A stretch of 29,464 nucleotides of DNA from Octopus sinensis (GCF_006345805.1 NW_021833126.1:1-29464); one strand, 5' to 3'; shown: positions 10,641-21,244, counted from the first letter of the stretch. Translations and numbers: made by a program. The notes: a model not told the origin generated them from the letters alone.

Positions 10641-10876
10641 TAAAGTAGCAGTAAAATTTTAAGGTCTATGTAATTGACTAACCCCCACCCTCCTTCAGAA
10701 TATCTGGCATCTTACGACGTCGATTTTTGCTTCCCATGTTTTCGGGATCAAAATAAGGACCAGTGGTAGATTTGTTCCCTTCCTTCAAATTTGCTGGTCA
10801 AATATGAATATTAGTAAGAACGTTTAAAATTATTGTTGCTCTTATTGTTGTTGTTGTTATTATTATTATTATTAAT

Positions 10877-11093
10877 ATGGCGGCGAGCTGACAGAATTGT
10901 TAGGACGCCGGGCGATATGCTTAGCGGTATTTCGTCTGTCTTCGTGTTCTGAGTCTAAATTCCGCCGAGGTCGACTTTTACTTTTTATTCTTTCGAGGAC
11001 GATAAATTAAGTACCAGGAAAACACTGGGGTTGGCTAATCGACTGGTTCCCGCCCACAAAATTTCATACTTTGCACCTTTAGCAGAAAGAATT
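10877..11093 (+). mobile_element. tRNA-derived SINE (family 1, tail type II), full length
   Basis: GGCGGCGAGCTGACAGAATTGTTAGG head, GAGTCTAAATTCC B-box-like motif, tail CAAAATTTC...AGCAGAAAGAAT; preceded by (ATT)n. Confidence 0.85.
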
Positions 11094-11095
11094 AA

Positions 11096-11263
11096 GAGAC
11101 ATGCTTAACTGGTTATGGTCAAACAACTGACAAGTTGTATTGAGCAGAATTTTTACTGTCGCCCATCTTTTATACCAAGACAAAACAATGTACATGATAA
11201 CACTTCTAATCCGTTAAGATCTGCAGCCATGAGAGCCACTGCCTGGTACTGCATCAGGGCATA
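11096..11263 (+). mobile_element. Unclassified ~530-bp element, partial copy B, followed by (TTA)n
   Basis: Aligns with 20860-21038 (CAATGTACATGATAACACTT...GCCACTGCCTGGTACTGCATCAG). Confidence 0.8.
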
Positions 11264-11295
<32 letters not shown>

Positions 11296-11394
11296 TTATT
11301 ATTATTATTATTACTATTATTATGAAAGAACCTCGGATAGTTCTTAATTACCGGTTACTCTTTACTTGAAAGCAGGCAATAGTAAATCACGTTC

Positions 11395-11548
11395 TCCTGT
11401 GAAGAAATTGTTGCCGAATAAATCGACATTAGAACTTAATCGTTTTCTTTTGCCGAACCGCCGTGTAATGGGGAAGTATATAAACCATCACTGGTTGTCA
11501 AGCGTAAGTGGGAACAGAGACAAAAAGTCACCCCCATACACCCCCCAC

Positions 11549-11581
<33 letters not shown>

Positions 11582-11765
11582 AAAGATATATACACATATA
11601 TACGACAGGCCTTCATTTTGTATTGACGAAATCCACTCACAAGTCTTTGGTCGGCGCTAGGACACAGTAGAAGACACTTGCCCCAAATGGTACGCAGTGG
11701 GACTGAACCCAGAACCAACTGGTTGGGAAGCAAATTCCCTACCACACAGTCACGCCTGCGCCTAT
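11395..11765 (-). mobile_element. CORE-type tRNA SINE (family 2) with an internal (TA)n tract
   Basis: Reverse complement head ATAGGCGCAGGCGTGACTGTGTGGTAGG...GGGTTCAGTCCC (B-box), CORE-like GGGCAAGTGTCTTCTAC, and 3' GGCGGTTCGGCAAAAG shared with 128-277. Confidence 0.75.
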
Positions 11766-12409
11766 AATTACATTATTTTTACAGATACACCATCTTGGGA
11801 AAAAAACAAAAAAAATATTAACTGCACCAAGTGACCCCGCTCAGGTGGTTTAATACCTTTCATAAAACCTTACATAAAGTCTAATCTCATCAGTTTGCTT
11901 CATTCCCGATTAATTAGCATTGACAAGATGCTTACGAGCTTCAATTAGTCCGGGAATATAGTTTCACTTAGAATTATTGCATTCAGGCAATTCAGAAGAT
12001 TGTTCATTAAAACGTGCAAAAGTATGATCAACCAAATACGGAACATCAAAGTTACAAACCCTGTGACCTTCCCTTTCAAAAGATATACCCTTCTACTAAA
12101 TCTCAGCTACTTTAAAAAAAAAAGTGTGGTCGACAGCGGTGAACATAGACGTTTATATAACGATACGTACTTTATTTATTCATCTTTTTATTTTTATTAT
12201 TATTAGAATTCTTCCGTTGCAGATTACAATGAAGATTTGATCTTGAGGAATATTTTTAAGAATTGATTTTCTCGGCTTGAATCTTCTGAAGTTTTTTTGC
12301 TTGATATACATTTTAAATAAATAATTGGTTTTACTAACAGTCTCTCACCCTTTTTCTCTCTCTCGTTTTGGCTTCCTCTCAAACAACACAGATTGTAAAA
12401 TACGTTCAT

Positions 12410-12870
12410 ATACATACACATGCACAGACACGTGTGTGTGTATGTCTGTGTATACATACACATACATGTGTGTGTGTATAGAAATAAGATATATATGTCT
12501 GCACCTACATCTGTGTGTGTACGGAACTGTATTTGCATATAGTTCTACGTAAAAATGATTTTAAGGACGCACAGACAAAAACACTTTTTAGATATGCACA
12601 AATATATACATATTTATAGATATGCACATGTATACATATTTATATGCATATATGTTCACACACGCACACACACACATATGTGTGTGTTTGTGTGTGTGTA
12701 TGCATATATAAACAGAAAATTGTGTAATATAAATATGGATGTACACGTACGCATATACATGTGTGTACATGTATTTGGATACAAACATGTATGTCTGTAT
12801 GCATGTGTGTATGTGTATATATGTGTGTATGTGTATATATGTGTGTATGTGTATATATGTGCGTATGTAA
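12410..12870. repeat. Compound CA/TG/TA microsatellite including an 18-bp ATGTGTATATATGTGTGT tandem
   Basis: Directly visible. Confidence 0.9.
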
Positions 12871-13518
12871 GTAGGTAGGTAGAGAAATAAGCAGGTAGGA
12901 GGGTGGGGGAGCTATCCACACAATAGATTACTTATTAATAATATGATTTCGTTTTGTCTCATCGATTTCACAATACACAATATTTATCCATATTTATCCT
13001 ATTCTTTGGAAGTTTGCTTTATTACATTCTTTAACTTTTTTCTTATTATTGATCCTGCTTTTGTTGTTGTTGTATATCTGTTTATTTGTTTTTAACTTGT
13101 TTATTTTTGCTTTCTTGTGTCATTCCATGTTCTCTAAGTAGATTCTCCACTCACATTTATCGCAACGTTCTCGACATTTTCCGATACGATAAAGCGAAAT
13201 GACATTCACATATTTCTTACAAACCTGGGCAAAGCTAATTATAGCCAAATCGCTTGGGGTACAACAATAAATATATTTTTTGCTTGTTTTCATCTTTTAA
13301 TTAGAGCAGAAAAGTTTGCGCCCATGTTCGTACGTGAGCCCACAATATAGGTAGAAATAAGCAGTAAAGTTATCCTCAAAACGGTCACGAGTCACCGTTA
13401 GTTAGGATACTCCCCGGGAGATCGGGCCGATTTGGGTAGCCCTACTTGGAGCAAAGATCCAGTCAGCTACCCTCTCACGAATCTATGGAATACGCAAGCC
13501 CCCTCATGCCCAGGTATT

Positions 13519-13733
13519 GCGGGGAGCTGGCAGAAACGTTAGCGCGTCGGGTGAAATGCTTAGTGGTATTTCGTCTGTCTTTTACGTTCTGAGTTCAAGT
13601 TCCTCCGACGCCGAGTTTGCCATACATCCGTTCGGAGTCGTTAAATTAAGTAACAGTTGCGTACTGGAGTCGATCTAATCGACTGGCCGCCTCCCCCAAA
13701 ATTTCGGGCCTTGTGCCTAGAGCAGAAAAGAAT
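13519..13733 (+). mobile_element. tRNA-derived SINE (family 1, tail type II), full length
   Basis: GAGCTGGCAGAAACGTTAGC head, GAGTTCAAGTTCC B-box, tail CCCCCAAAATTTCGGGCCTTGTGCCTAGAGCAGAAAAGAAT. Confidence 0.85.
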
Positions 13734-13764
13734 GTGCATTATTATATTGTGTGCACATTCCACC

Positions 13765-13950
13765 AAGGCAACGGAATGGTAGAATCTTTATTAAGGTGGA
13801 CAAAGCGCTTAGGAGTATTTACGTTCGGAGTTCAGATGCCTCAGAGGTAAACTTTACCCTTCATTTCTTCGGTGTCGATAATAAAAAGTACAAGTTAAGT
13901 TTTGGGGTCGGTGTAGTGGCCTCCTTCTACTCCTACAAAATGGCTGTCTT
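13765..13950 (+). mobile_element. Old degenerate SINE family 1 copy, tandem to 13519-13733
   Basis: AAGGCAACGGAATGGTAGAATC...GGAGTTCAGATGCC...CTTCATTTCTTCGGTGTCGATAATAAAAAGTAC. Confidence 0.55.
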
Positions 13951-14544
13951 TGTCTCCAAATTTGAAAGTATTCCACTGTGTACATATTCATTTTGTTTGT
14001 ACGTTGTTTGCAGAATGTTTTCAGGAACAAACGCACTTATATTAAAGGTGACTGTGAAAATAAGAGAAGGATGAGTGGAGCCTCTGATTTACAGAAAAAA
14101 TTATTATGAAATCCAATTCCTTCAGTGTTGGAACATTTTTTAATCGCTCTAAGCATTTTAGAACCGAGCGTTACTTCATCGTCTAAATATTTGTAAGAAT
14201 GTAAATAAGTCCACATATAATTTCATCCCCATCGAGAGACGCATAGAATTACACAACTCGCGTGTTTTATAGACCACTGCTACGTGATAACAACTGAGCG
14301 TCTGATCGAACACGTACACCTGAAGAGCACGACTGCGTCGACGTCGACGAAACATCTAATACGGGAGTTGAGTCAACTATGTTACTTATGATCCCACTAC
14401 AAACATTGAGAGCAATCTAATTTTCGTATGTTCAACCACCGGTACACACAGAACCGCTTAGACATATGTATATTGTTGGAAATTTTCCCACTGCATAACT
14501 GCCATTAAAGAACACGTCAGAAATTGATTTCGATTGGCGTGAGT

Positions 14545-14552
14545 GTATATAT

Positions 14553-14600
<48 letters not shown>

Positions 14601-15010
14601 AAATATACATATATATATATATATATTGCATCCCTTGCATATTTCATATAAAATTCATCATATATCGATGCATGTATGGTGTAATTAGCACTTTATCAAA
14701 AAGCTATATGGCAACGTCAGGACGTTAAGTGTGTATGAAAAAGAAAGGCAGAGAAAAGAGGAAGAGGGAGGTGGGAGTAGAAGACAGCGAAAGAGTGGGA
14801 GGGAGGTGCTTGTCCATATTTATTATTATGAATTGCTAAAAACATGTCTGAAGAAACCTTTGGGAAATAACTTCTCAATGAATTGATTTCCATTTATTTA
14901 ATCAAGACAAGTATTGAGTACATTAATGTAGTTTGTCTGTGTGTTTGCATATACATATAGTTTGTCTGTGTGTTTGCATATGCGTACAAACTTACATATT
15001 AATGTTTATG

Positions 15011-15049
<39 letters not shown>

Positions 15050-15121
15050 ATATATATATATATATATATACAAAGATATATAAATTTGCTCATGCACATA
15101 TACCTACAAGAAAGTAACTAT

Positions 15122-15171
<50 letters not shown>

Positions 15172-15382
15172 ATATATAGGGAGAGAGAGTGAAAGTGAAA
15201 GGAATATGCATAAGTAATATATATATACAATTATATATACTTATTCATCCGTAGACACACATGTAATATAATTACTTACGGTGATATATATAACCCGAAT
15301 TACATATATATTTATATAGGTTTGTAACTATGTATGTGTGTGCGTATATATACATATGCGTGTGTGTGTGTATGTATGTAAC

Positions 15383-15418
<36 letters not shown>

Positions 15419-15797
15419 AAGGCATGTTTTCTGTAAGAATTCCAAACGCAAGCCATGTTTTAAGTAGCGTCTCATATGTACCTGTAATATTATATTCGCA
15501 TTTGATCGATATGCACTGTTCACTAATATTATTAAGTAGATTTACCTTTCTGCACACACACACAACCTCAAACGCATACACTAAAGCACACACACACACA
15601 CACACAGACTCAGAAACGTGTATTACAACGCAATCATATCTATAAATATGTACATATACATAGGCTAGTATCACTACTTTTGCACTTCTGTGTATGTTTA
15701 TACATCAATCCATATTTTGTACGACCGAACGAATACAAATACACACAAGCACATACACACACACATACACATATGCATATATACATCAATATCCATG

Positions 15798-15841
<44 letters not shown>

Positions 15842-16109
15842 AATGCACAAACATGAATATTCATAGATGCATGTTATATTTGTGAGCGTACACACACACA
15901 CAGACAAATATATATATATAAATATGAATATATAATACAACATGATATAATATATATATATATATATATGCATATTTATCTATGTAAGTATCTACGTATT
16001 CGTACATATATCAATATATATCCATAGGTGTATGCATGTGAACATAAATTATACATAAATATATATATATATGTATATATATATAAATATGAATATATAA
16101 TACAACATG

Positions 16110-16157
<48 letters not shown>

Positions 16158-16800
16158 TATACATGTCCCCCTCTACCAAAAACTCCTTGCGTCTTTGAAG
16201 TGGAAAGCTGGCGGCAGTAACTCTTAATGGCTATATTAACCATTTTGAGCAGTAAATACTGCTTTCATTATATTAACTGTTTGAAGTCTACAGCCGCTGG
16301 TCCTCCCCCCCTCTCTCTCTGTACGGGATACAAATACTAATACTTCTATTGCACATAGTAACATGCACTGATTGTGTGTTAGTGCGTGTCTGTGTGCGTG
16401 TGTGTGTGTACGTGCATGCATATGCATATAAATATATATATATGTATATATATATATATGTATATATATATATGTATATATATATATGTATATATATATA
16501 TGTATATATATATATGTATATATATATATGGTAGAGGGAAAATATATATATATACATATATACATACATGTATATAAAATAAGATGTTTGTAAATGTTTA
16601 TTTACATATATACTTACATATACAAAGATATACAATATTATATATATATATATATATACATGTGCATGTAAACTTATATGTATATATGTATGTATATAAG
16701 TGTGCAAATATATATATATATATATATAATATATATGCAAACACATATATATTTCTAAATATGTACATATATACACACACGTTTGTTTCCAAATGTATAT
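14545..16800. repeat. Extended field of (TA)n/(CA)n/(TG)n microsatellites with short unique spacers
   Basis: Directly visible; accounts for the dense cluster of Y/I/V/C/M pseudo-ORFs. Confidence 0.9.
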
Positions 16801-17465
16801 AACGACGTGACATGTAGGGCTAGGAGTATTTGTGCGTATGTTCTTTTATGTAATTTCTGTCCCTACCCCACCCCTATTTTCTCAGGGTAAATTTTTGTCT
16901 TCGGTGAGGAAATAGTATTGAACGGGTGGCGTTTAAAAGGTATATAGCGGAAACAAAACCAAACAAGCATATTAATAATACTAACAATAACGTTGATGAT
17001 AATAATAATAGGAATCACTTAAACGAGAGGAGGAGAAGTAGGAGAAGAAAATATGAGGCAAAGCAGACTTTGGGGGAAAAAAGAAGAGAAATGAAGAAAA
17101 TGTGAGGAAATCGATGAATAAAAAAAAAAAGAGGACGAAAAATATTGCAAAAAAAGGAAGAAAATTACTTAATAAAATCAGTAAAAAATTTCCTGCAAAT
17201 TCCGTCAAAAATAGGTTACGATTAATGCGATGCAGTTTCCAAATATAACAGCTTGATATAAAAAAATAAATCTAAATCGCATGTATATATTAATAATGAA
17301 ATATGTTCGGTGTCAGTAAAGGTGTATATATAACATGCTTCACCACATCCTAATCAGTGTAATTATTCATCTTCACCCGAGTAAAGGTTTACCATTCATT
17401 CACGGCTTGCTTTTAGCTATCTACAATATATTAGCTATCTACAATATACATGCCTGCGGTAATTC

Positions 17466-17535
17466 AACAACTCAACACAAACACACACAAACACATACAC
17501 GCGCACGTACACTCGTACATGGATGCAAACATTCA
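17466..17535 (+). repeat. Perfect 70-bp direct repeat, copy 1 (copy 2 at 20198-20267)
   Basis: AACAACTCAACACAAACACACACAAACACATACACGCGCACGTACACTCGTACATGGATGCAAACATTCA is identical at both sites. Confidence 0.95.
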
Positions 17536-17554
17536 GCGAAAACCGCTTAACAAC

Positions 17555-17705
17555 GGCCCAGTGAGTTGTTAGTGGTTCGTCTAATGAGACCCGGAAGATA
17601 ATTGACATAGTTAAAAATAAATTGACTACCGGGAAGGGTTTTTCCGACCAAAACGCTCAAGACGGTGCCCCAGCTTGGCACTACCAGTTCAGTGTGTAAA
17701 ACAAC
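17555..17705 (+). mobile_element. Degenerate SINE family 2 tail
   Basis: TAGTGGTTCGTCTAATGAGACC...ACGGTGCCCCAGCTTGGC resembles 128-277. Confidence 0.5.
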
Positions 17706-18009
17706 TAAACTATAAAAGTTATATGCATACATATATACATATATTACACAATATTTGACACAATTTATCATTATGCTATGGTAACGAAAGAGTGCTCGAC
17801 ACCAAGGTAGAGCGAGAAATATGCGAGAATATATATATATGTATATATATATATAATATACATTCAACGATATACACTCAAATACTTCAGGGATTGCGTC
17901 CATCGATACGATAAAACACACCGCTATGCAATGTTATAGCTCCATATTGAAATATTTCTTGAGAATTATCTCCATTAAGCTTGAAGAGTAGTTGGGTCGT
18001 TGGGACCTC

Positions 18010-18240
18010 TTCCATGGTTTTTAAGAAAATATATTTATGAGATATTGTACAGGTCTTGCAATATTTGTCTGTGTTTCCCTTTAAATGAACTCACCGAAAT
18101 AAGCGGTATTTCTAAAAGCGACAGCTGCAGTTGTTTGATGTCCCCAATTTATATGAAAGAGAATTACTGCAGAGGCGGAATTTCCTTATCCCAACTGACG
18201 AAGATAACAACTATCAGAAACACGTGTGTCCAGGATTAAT
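18010..18240 (+). mobile_element. Possible Penelope-like 3' end (GIY-YIG C-terminal remnant plus HHR, family C)
   Basis: Translation LRKYIYEILYRSCNICL..LNELTEIS resembles the PLE endonuclease C-terminus (SKYIW..CNLCL..LNKRSE); an HHR core follows about 130 nt later. Confidence 0.45.
18188..18236 (+). ncRNA. Type I hammerhead ribozyme motif (family C), stem I imperfect
   Basis: CTGACGA-A-GATA(ACAAC)TATC-A-GAAAC-ACGTGT-GTC^: intact core, 4-bp stem II, helix III ACAC/GTGT; stem I ATCC/GGAT separated from the core by a 3x2 mismatch. Confidence 0.55.
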
Positions 18241-18644
18241 GGAACATATGTTCTGAAATTTATACTCGCATATCTGCACGTCACTGATCTGCAAACTCAA
18301 GCAAACCGAACAACACTTCATATTCAAACTCGTAACCAAGTCGCAGATGGGTTTAAAAGATTTCCTCCTCTTCCACCTTCTTCTCATTTCGCTAATCCTA
18401 TTCATATTGTTGAGCAACCATCTCACCTCAGTTTTTCATATCTCATTCTCTCTAATTTATTTTCTTCTTTTCAGTTCTCGTTCCTCTTCGTTCTTTCCGT
18501 TAAATTCCCTTTCCGACAATTCCCTATCTACGAGCGCCACATCAAGTTCTCATGAGATCTCCATGCTTCTTCTCTTTTTCTTCCCGTTCTTTCTCTTTAA
18601 ACATGAAGGTGTGTGTTCGAAATAATCAATACTCCACACTCCAC

Positions 18645-18686
<42 letters not shown>

Positions 18687-19102
18687 GTACAGATTATTTG
18701 CTAACATAACGTGGCAGTCCTGGTTTAGGACGAATGTTACGTTATTTAGCCCCAGGAAAAATCGTCTCCAGATGGCCATACGACGCACAATCTGTCCTTA
18801 TATATATATATATAATATATATATATATATATTATATATATGTGTGGTGTGTGTATGTTGTGTGTGTGTGTGTATTGTGGATTAATAAGGCCATATTGGT
18901 TTCATACTCAAGAGATTTCAAGATTTTTCAAGCCTGCCACATGGGGCATTGGTACTCGTCTGTATCTTCGATGAAAACAGCATAGCACAAGTCATGGTAA
19001 TCAACGTTGAAGAACATGATTACACACATACACACACACAATTCCTGGAAGTAGATATGCATATCTATATGTCTTCACCTCTCTCTCTCTCTCTCTCTCT
19101 CT

Positions 19103-19142
<40 letters not shown>

Positions 19143-19149
<7 letters not shown>

Positions 19150-19387
19150 AATATTAGGGAAATAATCCAAAATTACAGGGAAAAATCAGATTTAGGGTTA
19201 AATCCAATTTTATAGTAAAATATTATATATATAATTCGAGACAAAACAACTATTTTAAAACCAAACAAGGAAAGACTTAATCAATACATAAAATTTTAAT
19301 ATAAATTAAATAAACCGCCACTACAAATGTTTCATGTCTGCTCCGACAATCTTCAGGTGGATTTTCGATCTTCTAATCAGTATCAAA
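19143..19387 (-). mobile_element. Penelope-like pLTR family B, left (longer) arm
   Basis: Reverse complement of 19389-19546 plus about 85 bp of further non-microsatellite sequence before (TA)n; contains an HHR. Confidence 0.7.
19318..19360 (-). ncRNA. Minimal type I hammerhead ribozyme motif (family B, left arm)
   Basis: CCAC-CTGAAGA-T-TGTC(GGAGCA)GACA-T-GAAAC-ATTT-GTA^GTGG on the minus strand. Confidence 0.7.
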
Positions 19388-19415
19388 ATTTGATACTGAT
19401 TAGAAGATCGAAAAT

Positions 19416-19457
19416 CCACCTGAAGATTGTCGGAGCAGACATGAAACATTGTAGTGG
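19416..19457 (+). ncRNA. Minimal type I hammerhead ribozyme motif (family B, right arm)
   Basis: CCAC-CTGAAGA-T-TGTC(GGAGCA)GACA-T-GAAAC-ATT-GTA^GTGG; stem I CCAC/GTGG. Confidence 0.7.
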
Positions 19458-19570
19458 CGGTTTATTTAATTTATATTAAAATTTTATGTATTGATTAAGT
19501 CTTTCCTTGTTTGGTTTTAAAATAGTGGTTTTGTCTCGAATTATATTATATATATATATATATATATACA

Positions 19571-19766
19571 GTTAATCCAAACAAGAAAACACAAAAAAAC
19601 ACAGCAACGCGAGGACGTGGAACAAAAAAAGTATTATTGGACGCTCAGGAAAGAAGGAGGGTATAACGTTTCGAGCGGAGCTCTTCGTCGGAAACAAAGG
19701 AGAAGGAAAGATCCCGAGAAGGGAAGACAGAGGGAAAAAATTGCTGGCAGTGCTCACGAGGTCACA
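19571..19766 (-). mobile_element. Short Penelope-like element, family A, copy 2
   Basis: Reverse complement matches 6501-6688, shares the ...GGATTAAC-(TA)n end, and extends about 25 bp further 5'; flanked by (TA)n on both sides. Confidence 0.7.
19661..19695 (-). ncRNA. Minimal type I hammerhead ribozyme motif (family A, copy 2)
   Basis: GTTT-CCGACGA-A-GAGC(TCC)GCTC-GAAAC-GTT^ATAC; identical core to copy 1, one stem I mismatch. Confidence 0.65.
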
Positions 19767-19769
19767 TAG

Positions 19770-19804
<35 letters not shown>

Positions 19805-19821
19805 TGCATATGTATCTGTGA

Positions 19822-19858
<37 letters not shown>

Positions 19859-20197
19859 TATGTCTAGATGCTTTCATATTGGTGTGTATATATAATATAT
19901 TTGTGTACATGTATGTAGACGTGTTCGCTTATATGTGTATACATGTGTGTGCGTTATTTTCGATTAATTCCCCCACATAGGAAACTTACAATCAGACTCT
20001 CATCAAACTATCCTCATAAATAAAACCGATCATCTTTTACCGATCTCTTAATAGCTGGAGCCGTGCATCTTACTTCTGCTAACCCCCCCAACCTCCTCCC
20101 CAGTAAAACTAATACAGCTGCACCACCACCACCACCACCACGCTTCCTCTTTTCATTTTCATTAACATGTTACATGTTTATAACGAATCTCACAGAT

Positions 20198-20267
20198 AAC
20201 AACTCAACACAAACACACACAAACACATACACGCGCACGTACACTCGTACATGGATGCAAACATTCA
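20198..20267 (+). repeat. Perfect 70-bp direct repeat, copy 2
   Basis: Identical to 17466-17535. Confidence 0.95.
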
Positions 20268-20504
20268 CATGAACTTTTATACAAATGCGAACATGTAGTA
20301 ATATGTGTGTGTGTACGTGAGCTTGTAGGAGTACTGTAGGAGACACGTGCAGATATACTTTATCAGATGCAAGCTTTATTCGACGGAACTTTCCGTTCAG
20401 CGGGTGGAATCTAAATAATTTATTGCTACAAGGAAAATCATGATCGAAATGGTTACTATTATTATTAATATTATTATTATTAGTATTAGTAGTAGTAGTA
20501 GTAC

Positions 20505-21038
20505 TGAGTTAGAGAGCAGTGCATACCAACGAAGTGACACTGGAGTAAAATATATGAAACCCAGTTTGCCCATGATAACTACCCGTCTGATAAGGGTACA
20601 CATGCATCGCAACCGTAAGTGTGCGACATAGTGATCTCATATCAAGATAAACAGCGTATGACCTTACGGGTGGGGCCCAGTTGCAATTTGCCACAGGTCG
20701 AGTAGCCCGCACCGGTCAAAAGGTCCCTGAATAAGAGTTATTTAAGAATGTCGAACGAAACATCTATGTTTCCAGATGTAAATTATTCAAACCTCCTAGA
20801 CGATGCTCCCCCACTACTTCCGCTCATGATTAGAGATGCACATATCGTCAGCCACCAAGGGACATGCTCAAATGGTTAAGATGAAACAACTGATAAGCAA
20901 ATCTGTGGTATTGAGCAGAATATTTGCTGTAGCCCATCTTTTTTTAATACCATGACAGAGCAATGTACATGATAACACTTCCAATCAGTTACGATCAGAA
21001 GCCATGATAGCCACTGCCTGGTACTGCATCAGAGCATT
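20505..21038 (+). mobile_element. Unclassified ~530-bp element, apparently complete copy C, between (ATT/AGT)n and (TTA)n tracts
   Basis: Covers the sequence of partial copies A, B and D; no convincing ORF, no pol III boxes, no TIRs seen. Confidence 0.8.
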
Positions 21039-21244
21039 TATTATTATTATTATATTATTATTATTACTGTATTGTAAGTGCTTTACGAAGGATGTGTGCT
21101 GTGCCTTGAAGTGCTAGTTTCTGTACATTATGTACATTCCTAAATCCTGGTGTTTTGGTTAAGTATTTGTATATTTTTAATTATACCGAATGCACCTATT
21201 ATTATTATTATTATTATTATTATTATCGTTGTTGTAAGTACGCC

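Larger units (their letters stand above)
19229..19546. repeat. 318-bp near-perfect palindrome (159/158-bp arms, 1-nt spacer at 19388)
   Basis: Centre GTATCAAA-A-TTTGATAC; arms differ by one substitution (CAACT vs CCACT) and one 1-nt indel. Confidence 0.97.

Noticed and set aside
13381-13510. GC-rich segment with an AACGGT/ACCGTT hairpin, considered as an HDV-like ribozyme or element end
   Set aside because: Could not build the nested double pseudoknot; single copy in the window.
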